Assembly (NCBI GenBank): GCA_951406725.2
Contig: OX597814.1
Location: forward strand, 128,340,001-128,404,000
From: Octopus vulgaris
Lineage: Eukaryota
Reading direction: 5' to 3'
Length of the DNA stretch: 64,000 nt
Below are positions 60,647 through 64,000 of the stretch, in pieces (position 1 is the first letter of the stretch; the number at the start of each line of letters is the position of its first letter). Both the position numbers and the translations under genes were made by a program. The notes beneath the pieces were generated by a model. That model saw only the letters and a program-made list of their open reading frames with translations, made no database searches and was not told the DNA's origin.

Positions 60647-60912
60647 TCGAAATGTAAAGTATTACGTATCCATCACGGCTGATCTTACTAATCGGTTTCG
60701 CGCAAGGAGTACAATGAGTATTATGTAACAATCCGATTATATAACCTTACGCTCGTCAGAGTTAGCCGATATGGAAGGGAATATGGCGGGTGCTCTCTAT
60801 TGTCGGAGCTCCGACAACAGAGAGCACTCGCTATATTCCACTCATTGTATTCCTTGCGCGAAACCGATTGGTAAGATCAGCCGTAATGGATATATAGTAC
60901 TGTACATTTCGG
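60647..60912. mobile_element. Penelope-like foldback element with a hammerhead and an internal 62-bp palindrome
   Basis: Arms 60647-60719 / 60840-60912; palindrome at 60778-60839. Confidence 0.75.
60676..60768 (-). ncRNA. Type I hammerhead ribozyme
   Basis: cggcuaacu CUGACGA GCGUAAGG-loop-CCUUGCGC GAAA CCGAUUAG UA agaucagccg: intact core, 8-bp stem II, near-palindromic stem III, GUA triplet. Confidence 0.75.
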
Positions 60913-60993
60913 ATAATATACCCACTCTATTTGACAGATATACGAGCACATCTATACCTTGACTTATGGACTCTTAGACGACTCACGCATACA

Positions 60994-61036
<43 letters not shown>

Positions 61037-61056
61037 GTATATATGTGTGTGTGTGT

Positions 61057-61108
<52 letters not shown>

Positions 61109-61869
61109 AACTTATAAATAAGGGCAAACGAAAAAATTTCCAATGCCAAATATGCCGAAATCGGACATATTGTCCATAACCATATAATTTTTCACAATAC
61201 GCACGCTACTCAAAAAAAGGTCGACAGAAATTTCTAAAAAATTCCATTATTACCATATCGGACCGATTTCAGGGTTAGTTCATAAGAACCCTCCCTTCGC
61301 CAGTGATAAATGTGGCAAAGAAATAAATGAGATACTTACTCATACCCATTTGGGCCATTGATAAAATTTTTTTTTCGAAAAAATTTTATCCTACATTAAA
61401 TATAAATATATATATATAACTCAAGGACTACTGCAATAAGTATGTGAATCTGAGAGGGGAATATGTTGGATAAAATCATCATTAACTGATCCTCCTTTAT
61501 TTTCATTTACCCAAAACTAGGAACTTTTCAGCACAGCCTCGTCTATCAGTCCTTCAAGCATGCAACTGGATCCGTTAAAATATAACGGGGCCTTTATATT
61601 CGTTTCGATTGCCACCAACCCTCTTATGTGGCTAGTCTGTTATACATTAACCATATTACTGGGCCCAAGAAAATAATTACAATTCGACACATCAGCAAAA
61701 TATACAATCTGTTAATCAATAGCGACCGGTTTGTATCCACTCTTCCCCATACTACTTAATCTATATACATTGGTCCTTGAAATACGCAATGGAATCTAGC
61801 CCAGCTTGTTTATTTACATATTTATTTACTTATTTATCTTTTCATTAAAACTCCTTTATAACATATGTT

Positions 61870-62146
61870 GGAGGCACAATGGGCCAGTGGTTAGGGCAGC
61901 GGACTCACTGTCGGAGAATCGCTGTTTCGATTCCCAGACCGGGTGTTGTGTGTGTTTATTGAGCGAAAAGACCTGAAGCTCCGCAAGGATCCAGCAGGGG
62001 ATGGTGGTGACCCCTGTTGTACTCTTTCGCCACAACTTTCTCTCACTCTCTCTTCCTGTTTCTTGAGTAACGCTGCAATGAACTGGCGTCCCGTCCAGCT
62101 GGTGGGAAACACATACGCCACAGAAACCGGGAAACCGGGCCCATGA
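61870..62146 (+). mobile_element. Family C SINE
   Basis: tRNA-Arg-like head and body. Confidence 0.85.
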
Positions 62147-62849
62147 GGTGCCGCACTACCTTAATCCGGGGCCTTGCAATTTAACCCTTACCTAGCGAAT
62201 CAATAACCAAGAGCAAAATAATCCCAACGATAACCATGCCCACATTGGAGAGGAGAGGACGGAGTGCAGGTGGGGTGCATTTAAGTGGCCTATTATCCAA
62301 TGTATCATTACCTTATTCAAGATTGAGAGAAACTTAGCTGTTACTTCAGGAGTGATCGTACAGCAGCAGCAGTAGTAGTGGTGGTGGTGGTAGTGGTGGT
62401 GATGGGAGAAGAAGAAACAGAGGAACTAGTAGTAGTAGTTTGTGAAGAAGTTACTGTTTATCTATTTGTTTATTATATCAGTGCGTGCGTGCGTGCGTCC
62501 GTGCGCGCGTGTGTATGTACGTGTGTCTGTCCGTTTTTGACCTACAAATGTTTATTTCTCAAGATCCATTATTACATTGATAGCTTTTTTCCTGTCAACA
62601 ATAGCGGGATTGGAGGATGGGAAGTGGATTGTAAGAGAAGCTTAAGTTGACAAACGCTTCATTTATTGCGGTAGGTGACATCAAACTAACCGGACTTATT
62701 GCATCGTTGTCACAGGATGGAGAGCAACACAACAGAGGTAAGAGAATTTTTTTCTTTATATACTTTTACAGTTTTACATGAAACACTAACACTGAATTTG
62801 GTTTTAGTCTTTAAAAACCAGTATAGCTAGTCTATCTCTTTATATTTAC

Positions 62850-62873
62850 AACGTACATACATACATTTATGAG

Positions 62874-62940
<67 letters not shown>

Positions 62941-63573
62941 GTATATATAATATATAATATATATATATGCATACATATATATACATATACACACACAGAT
63001 ATATATGTGTGTATATACACACATATATATATATATGCATGTATTTATGATATATATGTATGCATGCTTGTATGCATGTACATGTATGTGTGCATGCATA
63101 TATGTATACATACATATATATATAAATATATATGTGCGTGTATATGTATAAATATATATACATACACACACACGCTCATACGTATGTATGTACGTTACAT
63201 GCATATAGTATGTATACATGCATGTATGTATGTATGTATGTATGTATGTATGTATGCATGCATGCATGCATACATGCATGTATGTATGTATGTATGTATG
63301 TATGTATGTATGTATGTATGTATGCATGTATGAATGTATGTATGTATGTATGTATGTATGTATGTATGTATGTATGTATGTATGTATGTATGTATGTATG
63401 TATGTATGTATGTATGTATGTGTGTGTGTATGTATGTATGTATGAATGTATGTATGTTTACTTTTTTCCAATAGCTTCATGCATGCCATTTATGTTATAT
63501 TTGCTGTTTAGTCCCAGATCAGTCCTGATGACTGAGTGGACCCAAGATGAAAAGCACAACCATCCAGATTTTT

Positions 63574-63661
<88 letters not shown>
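62850..63661. repeat. (TA)n/(TATG)n microsatellite field
   Basis: Direct observation. Confidence 0.95.
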
Positions 63662-63664
<3 letters not shown>

Positions 63665-63822
63665 TAGGAGCAGGCACGTCCGTGTGGTAAGAAACTTCCT
63701 TCCCACCCACATGTTTCCGAGGTGTCTTCTACTATAGCGAGCCGACGAAAGCCTTGTTGGTAGATTTGGTAGGCTGAAACTGAAACTGAAAGAAGCCCGT
63801 CGTGTGTATATATATATATATA

Positions 63823-64000
63823 TATTATATAAAATCTGTTCTGTCTGTCTGTGTGTGTGTCTTCTAGGATCTTGGACATCCTCCATCTGATTGCGCTCAT
63901 TGATAGCTTTTTGATATGTAGATACTGGCGGTATCAGGGCGTGTATAAGCCTTGAAAAAATTACAAAAATCGATTCCAGGTGAGAATGCGATCGATAAAG
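63823..64000 (+). mobile_element. Helitron 5' part, same family as 36075-36620, running off the window
   Basis: Reverse-complement homology to about 36447-36620. Confidence 0.75.

Larger units (their letters stand above)
60468..61541. mobile_element. Non-autonomous mariner-like element containing nested repeats
   Basis: TIRs cgagggagtactgaaaagttcc / ggaacttttcagcacagcctcg. Confidence 0.7.

Overview
AT-rich, very repeat-dense animal genomic DNA, either intergenic or intronic. I cannot support any intact host protein-coding gene; most predicted ORFs are microsatellite or SINE translations. The SINE families and heavy (TATG)n/(CA)n/(TA)n/(AAT)n load resemble an octopus/coleoid cephalopod genome, which is an inference from pattern recognition and was not verified. 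The window holds three modular tRNA-derived SINE families, including TSD-flanked dimers. Non-LTR fragments include L1/Tx1, R4/Dong-like (restriction-like endonuclease), RTE and CR1. DNA transposons include mariner (DD34D), maT (DD37D), Tc2-like, hAT and Merlin-like elements. There are also several Helitrons (one keeps a PIF1 helicase fragment), two solo LTRs, and several Penelope-like remnants carrying type I hammerhead ribozyme cores, some arranged as foldbacks. The most notable signals are the hammerhead-bearing foldback elements, a SINE 3' tail shared with the Tx1-like LINE 3' UTR, microsatellite-targeted RLE retroelements ((AAT)n and possibly (CATA)n), and deeply nested insertions whose TSDs can be read. 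All coordinates were counted by eye and boundaries without a TSD are approximate.
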